A stretch of DNA of 57,980 bases, counting the filler, from Dirinaria sp. TL-2023a (lineage: Eukaryota): the NCBI GenBank assembly GCA_051941275.1. It is 5 parts of 5 records of this genome, joined end to end, with 100 filler letters (N's around TTAATTAATTAA, not from the genome) between each part and the next. Parts side by side here need not be neighbours in the genome. Positions count along the whole stretch, not along the records: positions 46,481 to 57,980 come from JAVEBF010000842.1; 4 more parts are not named here. One strand, written 5' to 3'. Positions within the stretch are counted from its first letter, which is position 1. The number at the start of each line of letters is the position of its first letter. The position numbers and the translations under genes were made by a program. The notes under the pieces are model-generated. The model did no database searches and was not told the DNA's origin. It saw only the letters and a program-made list of their open reading frames with translations. Below are positions 46,850 through 57,980 of the stretch, piece by piece.

Positions 46850-47977
46850 TTAAACCTCATGTCGCTCGAGAAGTTCATATTCCTTTTGATTAGACGTCTT
46901 TCTCCAGAGTGTGGGGACCTGCCTCCAGCTGCTCTTGGCGCCTTTCCTTTGTCCCAGAAGTAGCACCCTTCCGTATATCCACCAGAGACCCATGCCAACA
47001 ATGCCGGCTGTCAAAAACCCCAGCGCCGTCAGCAGCATCCAATTACGACCCATCCAGAAAATCAACCTTGCGTCCTTCCCGTGCCAGCTGTTCCCGACAT
47101 GATGGCTGAAGAAACTCCACGCGTGGCGGTTGTACTCGTCCTGCATCAGTATGCGGACTCTACCACCTGCTGGACCATCGCCAGTGTCGGCGCCGGACGC
47201 CATATATCTTTTCCAGATAACAGACAGGAAGAGGGGGCCGGTACTGTACATGACCGTTATGTAAGGGAGCGCCCAATCACGATTGTAGCTGCGGAGGGAT
47301 TCGATGACCATGAGAAAAAAAGGGTGGCCTTGGACAGCGCCCATAGCGTCATTAGAGATGCCTGTTGGCGCGGTCTTGCGGACCCAAGAAGGGTATGAAA
47401 GGAGGGGATCGAGGCGACGGTTGCAGCCCTAACAATGTATCACATTAGCTAAATTTCCATGGCTCAGATGAGGCGGCTTACATCATCAAGATCTATGTAT
47501 ATGCCGCCGTAATGTGCAAGGACGAAGTATCGGATAGCGTCTGCGCGTTGTATAGGATGTGTGTAATTGTCAAAGGTATTCAGAAACCAAGGATACTCTG
47601 TAGCGATGAGCTCGCGTGACTTGGCATCCGTCCACAGCTGCGATAGGAAATTAGTCCTGCGACCAAGGCGGCTGTTGAGGTATTGCCAGCGACCATACCT
47701 TGTATTCGTAGTCTTCATGCAAATCCACGCAGCTTTTCTGCGCCTCCCTCCAATGCTCGGGGACACTCTCATTAATGTAGGTCTGATGTATTATCTTGGG
47801 TATTAATTGGGGCCGGCTGTCAATGTTGGGAGAATTGGGAGCGGGGATTTCTGCACTGTGGATGGCGTCGGCAGAACCGTCTTCGATGAGGAGGGTGAGG
47901 AGGGTAAAGACGCTGTGAACGAGGAAGGTGACGATGAGGGCGTTGATGAAGATGAAGACGGCGACACCGCGACGCAT
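46850..47977 (-). CDS. SUR1: Mannosylinositol phosphorylceramide synthase catalytic subunit (GT32, Sur1/Csh1-like), 3 exons
   Basis: N-terminal anchor, IPKIIHQTY, IQRADAIRYFVLAHYGGIYIDLDD (DxD), MYSTGPLFLS and a C-terminal TM segment. Confidence 0.92.
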
Positions 47978-49549
47978 GGCTGTAGGATTCCGAGAAAAGG
48001 GGCTCAGTACAGGCGGAGGGGTGAATATTATGGACGTCGTTTCTTGAGGCCGCTCGAGAGTACGAGGAAATTTCGAGGAGCTTCGTGATGTAGAGGAGAG
48101 GCCACGAGGCACACCAAGTAGACCAGCTATTCTTACTAGCAGATTAGCGGGATGTGCATTATTGTCCTTGCTAGAGACAACGGCGGCTTGGTGAACGGTT
48201 GCTGAATGAAGCGTATGGTCTCGCGATCAAAGTTGATGGGTAGAACTGGGTAATGGTTGCAGTATCAATTGAATAGAATAGTCCTGGGACAATGAATGTA
48301 CAGAAGGCAATTAATGAAAATGCAGCCGTTTGATGAAGACGGAATTGAAGGAGAGAATATTATTATGTGAAGAAAGAGTGTGTAAGTAGTAGTTAGGAAG
48401 AGGCCGCGTAGTGCGTCGCCCGCAGCCTGGTGCGAGATTAAAGCGAATGCAGCGGTGTCCAGTAGTTGGTGTCCAGTAGGCCGTAGGGTAATAAATGCGC
48501 AGCACAGCTTCCTGCGAAGTGCGAGCCTGCCAATAATTGTGCCAAAACCCCACAGCCCAGGTCTGGTTTCAGCAGTGTCAACACCCCGAGCACCCCTAAG
48601 TGCCCTAACTAACTAACAGACGAGAGTGGCTCAGTTCAGGAGGTCGGCAGCTTGGCGGGCTAGGCGGGCTCGGCGGGCTTGGCAAGCTAGATACATAACA
48701 AGATAGGCTCGGTAGTCGGTAGGCTCAATGGAAGGCTGAGATAGGCTGGAAAAGGCCTCCAGAGAAGACCAGAACTCGCGGAGATCGTTCGACTAAGGTA
48801 CGGGTACTCGTACACTACTGAATTAGTAGTAATACTGGCGGGGCTAAACTGGTTGACGCTTAGTCGCATACTGATTCACTGATACCAGCCAATCGACTCT
48901 GGCCCCCGACGACCAGGCACAGCCCGATGGACTGCGTCTCATCTGCAGCCTCCCCCATGTCGGTCGAGGACCCCGAAAATAGTCTCCTTTTCTTTTTCCG
49001 ATCGTGAAAAGCTGCCCGCTGCAAACGGGAAAAGATGCGACTGGACGGCAACAGCGCAGGTTATGCCGAATGCAGTCAGGCATGATTCCGGTCCAAAGGT
49101 CAGGGAACTCGTGGTCCTTTTCCTTTTTGGTCTTGAAGACTACCTTGACGTTTTGTTCCATGATAATAATGATAATGATAATGTATACACCTGAGACTAC
49201 CACTGCGATGCCCATCCAGCACCCTCATACCGCATAGAGTGATGCCTATGTCCCCTCTACGGAAAATAAATGTTCTATGTACGTACACGACTGTAACAAG
49301 AGCATCTTCGATCCTCGAGCCCGCGGAGCTATCTTATGCATCGCTCATGCAGGTCGCTTGTGCCTCTTCCTCGGCCTCGCGCACCCATCACCTCCTTTCA
49401 GCGGCATTACCATTATTACTGTGTTGCTGATGCCGCTATGCTGCTTCTAAACAATATGAAAAAAGGAACACGATTAGACAAGTGCTGATGAAATGCCCAA
49501 GCCTGCTTGGCATCTATCATGCTTAGTAAGTCGGCCAACCACACAGCTG

Positions 49550-52500
49550 TCAAATATGCAACTTCTCCCCCATCATGAGGGCCCCCTCGACGTCGTCGGC
49601 GTCATCAGCGATATCTGATGAAGACTCGTCCTCGGGTTCAGACGCGAAACTGGGTCCTTCCTGTGCTTCGGCATCCGGTGCCGTCATTGACTCGCCCAAT
49701 CGCAAATCCGCTTCACAAGTCGGGGTGGCTTGCATGCTGGTTGTCGGCACGGCAGTGATTGACGTGTCTGCAGTTGTAGGCCGGTCCACGTCTTCGTCGT
49801 CGCAATCCTTTGGAGAAGTTTTCGTCCCTTCAGGAGGCAGGTCATGAGCTATGTCATAATTCCGCAAGAGATAGTCCTGTAATCGAGACACTTCACGATC
49901 CCAATTCGCTTCCAGCATACTCACCGCCGCCTGTGCGTCCTTCGTTGCAAGCGACGGCATAGGCGCGACCCTGGGTCTTGCTATAGTTCGATTTGATGAC
50001 CTCTGGCTAGTCATCACGGCGCCCATAGTTCTCTTCACTGTAGCTTTGCCAGGGATAGCTAAGTTCATGATGGAGTTGGCCTCTCTCGCGCTGTCGACTT
50101 CTCGGATGACTTTGTAAAGAGACTTGCTTCGGTCGTCCACCATCTCGGGTAAATAAAGCAACGTGAAATTCTGCTCGAGGCTTCGAACAAGCACGGTAAA
50201 GGCTTGAAGGCTGATATCATTATTGTCACAATGCACCTCCTGAAGCCCTCGATTCTCTTCGAGTACGGACGCTAAAGTATTAGCACCTTGCAGTCCAAGC
50301 CCTTGGTTTTCGATCCGCAAGACTCTGAGAGACTCGTTCTGCTTGAGACCCAGTAGCGCACGATTTAACCCGATGCCTAGGCTGGCAACTTCTAGGTGAG
50401 CCTGCTCACCGGAGATGTCCAGCTCTTCCAAAGTACGATTTTGCGCAAACATGGCCTGCAAAGCCGCACAAGAATCCTCGTCAGCGTCATATGGTAGTGA
50501 AGCTTTAGATATGTCCAAGTATCGCAGAGAAGTGTTATTTGTTAAAGCAATGATGAAATTTTGGAAGTTCTGCTCTCTCTTATATTCGAGCATTTGCATA
50601 GTTATGCCACATGGGGTCACTGAGCGGCTCACGGCTGCAACAAAGCGATCATGCGATTCTTCCAGCTTGTTTTTGGTGATGTGGAGATGGATTGGGCGAA
50701 CGTTGGCCACACCTCTGTACATCGAGTGTAGCAGATCAGCTACACCCCCTCCGGTCAAATTGCACTGGTTGAGACCAAGCAGCCGCAGCGTCTCAGATTG
50801 CGAGCTTTTCAAATATGCCGATAGTACTTTGAGGTCTGCTTCATTTAGGGCAATGTTATCCAAGCGTAGCTCTTCTAACTTCCATGCAAGCAGAACATTG
50901 CCAGTCAGTAGAGGCTCTGTTCCCGACTTTCGATTAACATTGGACAGATTCAATTTGCGTATAAAGTCAAAAGCGCTAAGTTGACTCTGCAAGAACTCAG
51001 GGTCAAGCCTTGCCGGATTATTAGACAGATCGATTGACTCCATAGTCGAATCCTGATGCGACATCGCATGAAGGCTAGTCTGAAGGCTCCTATCTCCCAA
51101 TCCACAATTGCCCAGTTCGAGCGCACGAAAGTGACACAGCTTGTCAATTGCAGCTGCATATAAATAATCGATGTCGGCATCAGCAAGAGTAATACCGTTT
51201 AAGGTAATCCAGTCGACATTCGTAAGCTGTCTAGCACAGAGCGGGAACAGCGCTTCACAAATGCCACATCCGACATCGCGGACATCGTCACCGTCAACAG
51301 GCTTCCTCGTCACGCAGTTGGTGAAATCCATGCGGCGTAGCTTCTTGCTCTTCAACGCTAGCATCTGAATTTCCTGGACCAGGAGCCACGAATCTTTAGG
51401 ATGCGGCATTTTCAAAGGCTCGCCAGATTTACTTGTCCACACAACATGGTCTGCACCGAAAAAATCGCTTAGCCCGTGCATGGCGTCAAGACTGATATTT
51501 CGGAACGATACGGAGTGGAATGACTCATTGTAGCGTAGAGATCGGATGACCGCCAGAAGCTCCAACACGTTGTACTTAACACTCTTTGGATCCGCTGCTG
51601 GTAACAGTTCGAAACCCGGCGCGTCCTCGCATTGGTAGTTCACAGTATAGCGAATGTTCGACGTATCCAGCCCGTATGCCGCGCAGTAGGCTGTTAAGGT
51701 TCGGTCGAAACATCTATGGTCTTCATTTTCTGATGAGACCGGGAACATCTCATCATCTACAGTTGGAGGAACGTCCCATGTGAATGATTGCTCAAGCCAC
51801 TCCGGTCTGAGATAGTCAGCGGTATTCCGAATCCATATTGCAACTTCGGTGGCTGCGGAAGACGCCAAGAACAGGGAAGTCTGCTGGCGGAGTGGCATTC
51901 GAAAATGGAGCTGAATTGTATCGTCGAATGTTTGAATGGACAGCGAAGTAAGCGTCACAACGCCAAACGAGCATCCAAGCATGTCTATCAACGATGCGTT
52001 CGACGCAGTCCGTGTGGATTTCGGGTATGGTATAAGGTGAACTTTGTACATACCAACAGCAAGGACACAGATATTCGTGGTTAATTTGGCCAGATCATCC
52101 GAAGAGGAACGGCTGCCAGATTTGGATCCTCGCTGCACTACCCTAAACATGTGGAAATGTTGTGGATCATAGTCCCGTTCTTGCTCCAATGCACGAGCAG
52201 TGTACTCAATCAACTTCGGGCTGAATGGTAGGGGATCGCTCACGCGTACTTTCTCCGTCGCGCTACGAAGACAAGAAAGCCACAGCTCAGATTCTTGAGG
52301 ATCTGCTATCTGTAACGTCATCGCCGCTGGGTGATCATCCTCCAGAAAGGCCACCTCGATGCTAAAGTATGGGCGGCCATCATCCAGCTTATACACTGCA
52401 ACAATGTGGTTGAGGGGCAAAGAATGAAAACTTTCCGCCGACGATGTGGGGTGCAACTCGTGGAGAGAACCACTCGAACTCATTCGCGAATGACGCATAG

Positions 52501-53053
52501 CATCTTTGCGAGACAGAGAACTAGGTATGCTTGGAAACACTTCCGAGGCTCTAGTGCGACTCTTGAACCTGACGAGATGCTGGCCTGTCAAAACCAGGTA
52601 TTGGCTCTTCTTACGGAACATGCCACCCGCCATCTGCACGTCGCCATGATGTATGACACTGCTTTCCGTTATATCGTATTCGGCTATGCCATCTGAGTGT
52701 AAAGAGGTCGGTGTGGATGGGATGTTCGTAGCATTGTTTTCATCCTCGCTCTGCAAGGAGTGTAGAGACCTGAACGAGCCGAAGATGCTAGAGGGACGAG
52801 ATTTCTGGAGGCTTCGAGGGCGCGATTTGCCAAGCAGGCTGGTCCTCGAGCTGGTTCGCTCGAGCTTCGTTGTTGAGCTTGCCGAGGGACTCGGTGATGG
52901 TGGGTCCGGCGTAGTGGCAGTTTCTGTACGACGTTTTTTCAGAAGAGTGGCCGGGGCGCTGTCGGGAGAGTTCTGAGAGTCGTGTATAGGTGTCAGGCCT
53001 GTCAGTGTCGGTCTGAAGATACTTAAGCTCTTCCGTCGACGTCGATCAGCCAT
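49550..53053 (-). CDS. PH-like domain + RI-like leucine-rich-repeat protein (CARMIL-like architecture)
   Basis: Intronless ORF of about 1170 aa. PH-like YLVLTGQHLVRFKS…ESELWLSCL and LRRs LELGNCGL, IDLSNN, LRYLDISK, LEELDISG, LRVLRIENQGLG. First ATG at 53053. Confidence 0.82.
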   Translation of the reverse strand: MADRRRRKSLSIFRPTLTGLTPIHDSQNSPDSAPATLLKKRRTETATTPDPPSPSPSASSTTKLERTSSRTSLLGKSRPRSLQKSRPSSIFGSFRSLHSLQSEDENNATNIPSTPTSLHSDGIAEYDITESSVIHHGDVQMAGGMFRKKSQYLVLTGQHLVRFKSRTRASEVFPSIPSSLSRKDAMRHSRMSSSGSLHELHPTSSAESFHSLPLNHIVAVYKLDDGRPYFSIEVAFLEDDHPAAMTLQIADPQESELWLSCLRSATEKVRVSDPLPFSPKLIEYTARALEQERDYDPQHFHMFRVVQRGSKSGSRSSSDDLAKLTTNICVLAVGMYKVHLIPYPKSTRTASNASLIDMLGCSFGVVTLTSLSIQTFDDTIQLHFRMPLRQQTSLFLASSAATEVAIWIRNTADYLRPEWLEQSFTWDVPPTVDDEMFPVSSENEDHRCFDRTLTAYCAAYGLDTSNIRYTVNYQCEDAPGFELLPAADPKSVKYNVLELLAVIRSLRYNESFHSVSFRNISLDAMHGLSDFFGADHVVWTSKSGEPLKMPHPKDSWLLVQEIQMLALKSKKLRRMDFTNCVTRKPVDGDDVRDVGCGICEALFPLCARQLTNVDWITLNGITLADADIDYLYAAAIDKLCHFRALELGNCGLGDRSLQTSLHAMSHQDSTMESIDLSNNPARLDPEFLQSQLSAFDFIRKLNLSNVNRKSGTEPLLTGNVLLAWKLEELRLDNIALNEADLKVLSAYLKSSQSETLRLLGLNQCNLTGGGVADLLHSMYRGVANVRPIHLHITKNKLEESHDRFVAAVSRSVTPCGITMQMLEYKREQNFQNFIIALTNNTSLRYLDISKASLPYDADEDSCAALQAMFAQNRTLEELDISGEQAHLEVASLGIGLNRALLGLKQNESLRVLRIENQGLGLQGANTLASVLEENRGLQEVHCDNNDISLQAFTVLVRSLEQNFTLLYLPEMVDDRSKSLYKVIREVDSAREANSIMNLAIPGKATVKRTMGAVMTSQRSSNRTIARPRVAPMPSLATKDAQAAVSMLEANWDREVSRLQDYLLRNYDIAHDLPPEGTKTSPKDCDDEDVDRPTTADTSITAVPTTSMQATPTCEADLRLGESMTAPDAEAQEGPSFASEPEDESSSDIADDADDVEGALMMGEKLHI

Positions 53054-53617
53054 TGTGTCATCCCCAGGAGCAGCAACCTCCACCGGGTATATTCTTTAAA
53101 GCTTATTGTGAAGCATGTCAACAATGTGCGTTCTGGAACTAGGAAAATGCAGTGCTGAATCAGGTCCATCCACCAGCCGGATGCCAGGCAATATTAGGCT
53201 TGTTGTGCATATTGAAGTAGTGCACGCTCGGGCGAATTTATGTACATGTGGGAGCTTATTAGCTTAATGTATTGAACGACGATTGCCGGGTGACGCCATC
53301 AAACGGAAACGCAAACGAGAAGACCGTCGTGAATTGTCAATAGACAAGCTTCCGCCAAGCAAACTTATCTCGGATCCTTGCGAAGATCGTGAAATCGATC
53401 TTACACTAGGGGAGTAGGGCTTAGGAGCGAGATCGTCCCTCCTATCTGACATAAGACTGCAAGATGCACCAGCGAATCTCTGCCGGCTGGTTTTCTGGGA
53501 AAGCAAACGCCGGGTGCGTTTTCACAAATTGCTTTCTAGTACCTTGGGTAATCAGGCACCATTTAGGTATACTAGGGAGATAAGACATTCCCTGCTCATA
53601 AACAAAATGATATAATA

Positions 53618-54250
53618 TTATGCTTGATCCTTTGGTTCAGCTTCATTTTGACGCGAGTCGTTTTCAATATCTTCCTCTCCGATACTAGTCTCTTCCTCCT
53701 CTTCCGCCTCGTCTTCGCCATGCGCTTGATGATCTTTGACACCTGATCCACCAACACTGCCGTATTTTCGTTTGGCCTTTCTACGCTTGTTTGCTTTTTT
53801 CTTTGCCTTTGCGCTGATTTTGATTGCTATTCTGCTTTCTGCGCCTTTCTCCATGAACTCAAGCTTCTCTGCCAGCTGCGTTCTTGCCATTTTACGGTTC
53901 TGGGTTCGAGAGCGAGTGGCTTGACATTTCACAACGATCCCCGTAGGGATGTGCTTTAGCTGAACTGCGCAGGAAGTTTTGTTCTGATGCACAGGCTACA
54001 TTAGAAAAGGCGGATTGCACGAGGGTTCCACACCCACAATCTTCTGGCCTCCGGGACCGCTACCTTTGATGAAGGCTTCTGTAATGTCTGCTTCAACGAT
54101 TTTCGGGCGTGGTGGCATTTGCTTCGATATGCGTGGCATGGTATTGAACGTTTTGAAAGTCCATCGCATTGACCAGAATACTGCCATGGAAGGCCACTTG
54201 TAGAGGTGGTAATGAAGCATCTTTCTAAGATGTTTGTTGTCGCTGGGCAT
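53618..54250 (-). CDS. Mitochondrial RF-1-domain peptidyl-tRNA hydrolase / ribosome rescue factor (C12orf65/Rso55-like), 2 exons
   Basis: [44 protein letters not shown] (GGQ motif) and a basic C-terminal helix. Exact start codon uncertain. Confidence 0.88.
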
Positions 54251-54533
54251 TCCGAGGCCGACTCATCGTGCCTTAGATCTCAAAAATGAGCCACGGACTC
54301 CAGGTGTCTCATTGTCACAAAGAATCCGATATTTCTAGAATCATTAATTAAACATTAAAAACAAATATTGTTAGTGCCATCATTGGGGAGTGGAAGAATC
54401 TATCCAGGTGCTAGATAGACGGGAGGCCAAGGCGGCATTATTCCGCTCTGGATTACCCCTGTGCGAGCAGCGAACTCAATCATCATCATTACTTATGTCT
54501 GCTACCAAACAATGATTTGACCATTGCACAGCA

Positions 54534-54932
54534 ATGCTCTATACCTCCACACTTCTGCGCTGGCTACAGCGTAAGCGATATCAGTATGAAGTCACTTTCT
54601 CCCTATACATGCTCACGCCGACGGAGAAGTTTATCTTCAGTACGTTCTTCTGCCCCCTATTTAGTTAAACATTCTCTACAATGCATTGCGTTCGCCTGTT
54701 CCTTGGTCCTAAGATGTCTTTAATCTGTCCTCTCAGCTGACATGTACTTTTGAACGTAGATTCCTTCCTATTCCTTTTCCTCTCGATGATCATAATCGCG
54801 GCGTCGCTATACCTTCCCGAACATATCGCAAATATTGCTGGCAGAGCTTGGTTCTACTATGCCGGGGACGAGACAACTACTTCGCTCCCAGATACTACTT
54901 CAGCAAAGGAATTGGGAATTGGCGTCGGTTAG
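54534..54932 (+). CDS. Serine palmitoyltransferase small regulatory subunit (DUF3317/ssSPT-like), 92 aa, 2 exons
   Basis: Exon 1 (54534-54639) MLYTSTLLRWLQRKRYQYEVTFSLYMLTPTEKFIF. Intron 54640-54759 (GTACGT…CTGAC…TAG). Exon 2 NSFLFLFLSMIIIAASLYLPEH. Only partly captured by the ORF track. Confidence 0.85.
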
Positions 54933-55643
54933 AGAGCGAACGTAAGGTGGCGACGTGATTAGCGTGCTGAGGAGTCTGTGGACAGGGGCTACCAAGATAG
55001 GGCTTGGTAGAGACCACCGCTCTGAGGCTTGGAGTTATAGAGGTAGGCCGTTGTTTGAAGATCTAAATGGAGCTCCTCCTCCATTTTTCCTCGACCGCCG
55101 ATATTGATAGAAATGCAGGTTGATTCCAGCTTTGCCTATCCTTCGAGAGTTCTCAATTGCTCGAGATTAGAAATAGATTACATTAGCAATTAGGGACACG
55201 CGAAGAACACGGGTACTGGCCCTTGATATTCTCATTTTTGCTATTCGTGACTATGAAAACATAGCTCAAACTGTTGTTGCAGTACTTATAAAAGCTGACT
55301 GGAAGACTAGATGCGAACACGCCCTAGAATCCACCAAGAACGCTTGCATCTATGAAAAATTCGAGTAAATATTGGACTGCGCGAACAGATCCGGGATACG
55401 TAGCATGCATTGTTTATCGAACATAGTAGCACAAGGCATTATAAAGTACCACAGGATAGGGTTCGTGCTATACTAGTAGCACGAGCTACGCCCGGGAGAG
55501 ACGAAATCAAGATCAAGTTCAATGCCAACATGACAGTGGCAGGATCACGAAACAGCATCCATAATTGCTCCTCACAAGGTCGTTGATATTTTTACCCTAC
55601 CACTACTTCTTGTTCTCGAGTCCTCGCTTCTAAGCCGTCTCAA

Positions 55644-56168
55644 TTACTCCTGGATCTTCTGCTTATGGAAGATTTCTGGCACCTCCGGCATCCACTTCTC
55701 GCGGTTGATGCACCAGAACTCGCCTTTCGGAGGTAACTCGCCCGGCTTGTCCAACGTGCCAGTCATCACGTATCGAAAATGGTCTTTGGCACCTTCTCCG
55801 AACTCCAAGATCCCGCTTCCGCAAGTTGGGCAGAACTCGCGATGCAGTAGTGAGCCGCTGCCATTGTCGGCTTCGTGAATAGTAGGCTTGGTAGTTGAAG
55901 CAGAGGTGTAGGAAAAGGATTTCACAGGGATCTTGGTTGTCAAGCCAAACGCTGTGCCGAAGAATTTCTAGCACAACGCAGTGAGTAGGGATAAACGAAG
56001 CACTGAAATGAAGTGCGAGGAATCTCCCGAGTGGTTTCGAACATGGGCAAAATGTAGATTTACCTTACAGTTCTTGCAATGGCACAACGACGTGCGTGCA
56101 TCATCCTTCGAGGGGATATCGATTTCATACTTCAGCCCACCACAATAGCAGCCACCTTTGTAGACCAT
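55644..56168 (-). CDS. GFA/Mss4-like (DUF636) zinc-binding protein, 2 exons
   Basis: GGCYCG, CHCKNCK|KFFG and REFCPTCGS motifs. Intron 55968-56063. Confidence 0.9.
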
Positions 56169-56559
56169 GTTGGTTTTTGTTGAACTGAATTGACAGATGA
56201 GACTGCGCCTGTATGTAACTTTCTTGGTCTTTGACAGACTTCGAGCGAGTGGAAGTCGATTCATTCGGGCTCGTCAAGAAGAAAAGGTAAGTCACTGAGC
56301 AAGGCCAGACCCACAAAAACTTCCGCTCTACAGCTTCCGACGTCATCGGCTCATTGAGATGCGCCAAAACATGTTTATTTACGTAACAGGCTCTAGGAGC
56401 TTTATTCCTCTTCAATCATGAACGAAATCATATCGTGCCTTGTAGGCCGAGGTTCCTCCTGTTTGCCGTCACTCAATTTGATATTGTCCAACCCAAGCTG
56501 ATGCCACCGCGCATAGCCGAGCTCATTGATCACTCCTATTTGACCCGACTCTCACGTAC

Positions 56560-57371
56560 ATGGCTTCTGCCCAACTATCCCGGCGGACAGCTTCTATCAA
56601 TCGCAACACGAACGAGACGAAAATACAACTTTCGCTGTCTCTCGATGGCGGGCCGCTTGAATTCCTGAGCCCAACTGAGGAATTTCCTCCCGACAATTCT
56701 GATGACGCTCTGCACCCGCCACAAACCGAGAAGACGCATGCCTCACAGGCCGCCGGATCGCAGCACATATGGATCTGGACAGGAGTAGGGTTTCTCGATC
56801 ACATGTTGCATGCATGGGCAAAGCACGCAGGCTGGAGTCTACGGATAAGGTGCAAGGGGGACCTGATCAGTCTGTGCCCTCTCTCCCTCTCTTTCACACA
56901 CACACACACACACACACATATGAGTCATTGGACTTCATCAACTGACAACTCTCTCTCCCCACAGTCGATGACCACCATACTACCGAAGATACCTTCCTCG
57001 CTCTCGGCACAGCCTTCACCAAAGCGCTTGGCGCGCGCACGGGAATCGCCCGTTTCGGCCACGCCTACGCACCCCTAGACGAAGCTCTCTCGCGCGCTGT
57101 GATAGATATCTCTTCGCGCCCGTTCTTTGTCGGCGACTTTGGTTTCCAGGGGCCCATGATGGGGACACTGAATACGCAGATGATCCATCATGGATTAGGC
57201 AGCTGGGCGCAGGCCGCAGGCGTGACTTTGCACATGGACGTGTTAAAAGGGCAAAATGACCACCATCGGGCTGAGAGCGCTTTCAAGGCTTTGGCTGTCG
57301 CGTGTCGGCAGGCCTGCGAGAGAGTGAAGGGGAAAGAAGGCGAGGTAGTCAGTACGAAGGGGGTTCTCTGA
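56560..57371 (+). CDS. HIS3: Imidazoleglycerol-phosphate dehydratase, 2 exons
   Basis: RNTNETKI, TGVGFLDHMLHA, DDHHTTED, APLDEAL and NDHHRAESAFKA. One intron at about 56870-56964. Confidence 0.97.
56896..56918 (+). repeat. (CA)n microsatellite in the HIS3 intron
   Basis: About 11 CA units inside the intron. Confidence 0.9.
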
Positions 57372-57980
57372 AGACTCCACGGTCGGCTTCATAATTGCCA
57401 GTCCGAAACATGCTCGAAGCGTGAAGGCAGATAAATGAGCCAAAGGCCAGTAAAATATGAATCGTTCGCGATCTCAATCTCGAGACTCTTGAGCATGATC
57501 GGGAGCGATTATGACCGATGAGCGGGGAAGATGCAGCAACGAGCCGCATCGCCGGAATAGTCAATATTGCGGTTGGATAATATTATTGGGTGGTTTGCCG
57601 CACGATTCACAGCATACGAACCATACCTTACTTACCTTATATGACTGATCCACCTTCCAGAACAGCCGTGACACTGTCTAGACTCAATTCCAAGATCTAG
57701 ACTGATAAGATAAAAGATTATCTAATGATATAAAACAATCCAGGCAGGGCGGGCCGCCTTGCTCCACCTTTTTTTCCTCTCGCATCATCATCTAGAACCG
57801 CCCAATTCATATTGCCGATCTCAGCAATCTTCAGCTCACCTGCACAATTCAAATTTTTTTCTAAACAATCTCTTCAGACCTCGATAATCATCCAAAAACC
57901 CAAGAAGCGAGTTACAAGAAAATCAGAAACCTCTTCACACCACCCTCATTGCTTACCCCACCGCTCCCACGTCCCACTCT

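Overview
This is eukaryotic DNA from a filamentous ascomycete (Pezizomycotina), with short spliceosomal introns carrying CTRAC/CTAAC-type branch points. A Eurotiomycete origin is plausible but cannot be proven from the sequence. It is a scaffold of five contigs joined by four artificial 100-nt N spacers containing TTAATTAATTAA. Most of the window holds conserved housekeeping genes: aldo-keto reductase, UPRT, a 4CL-like acyl-CoA ligase, the JHD1 JmjC demethylase, an MFS exporter, complex I 24-kDa subunit, IleRS, Uso1, Rat1/Xrn2, Sur1-like GT32, a PH-LRR protein, a GGQ release-factor homologue, the SPT small subunit, a GFA/Mss4-like protein and HIS3. The contig at 11630-23153 is an accessory island. 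Its most notable feature is a head-to-head gene pair: a CHAT (caspase-like) protease fused to a STAND/NB-ARC-like NTPase (NLR-like, His-Cys dyad intact) and a 288-aa gasdermin-like protein with an acidic C-terminal tail. Together they form a candidate self-contained fungal 'inflammasome' cell-death module. The same contig has an array of 13-14 degenerate ~51-bp hairpin-bearing repeats just upstream of an orphan membrane/coiled-coil gene. Also noted: three GC-AG introns, and a 12-mer (GGGTACTCGTAC) found four times at three intergenic loci. All family assignments come from motif recognition by eye; no database search was run.
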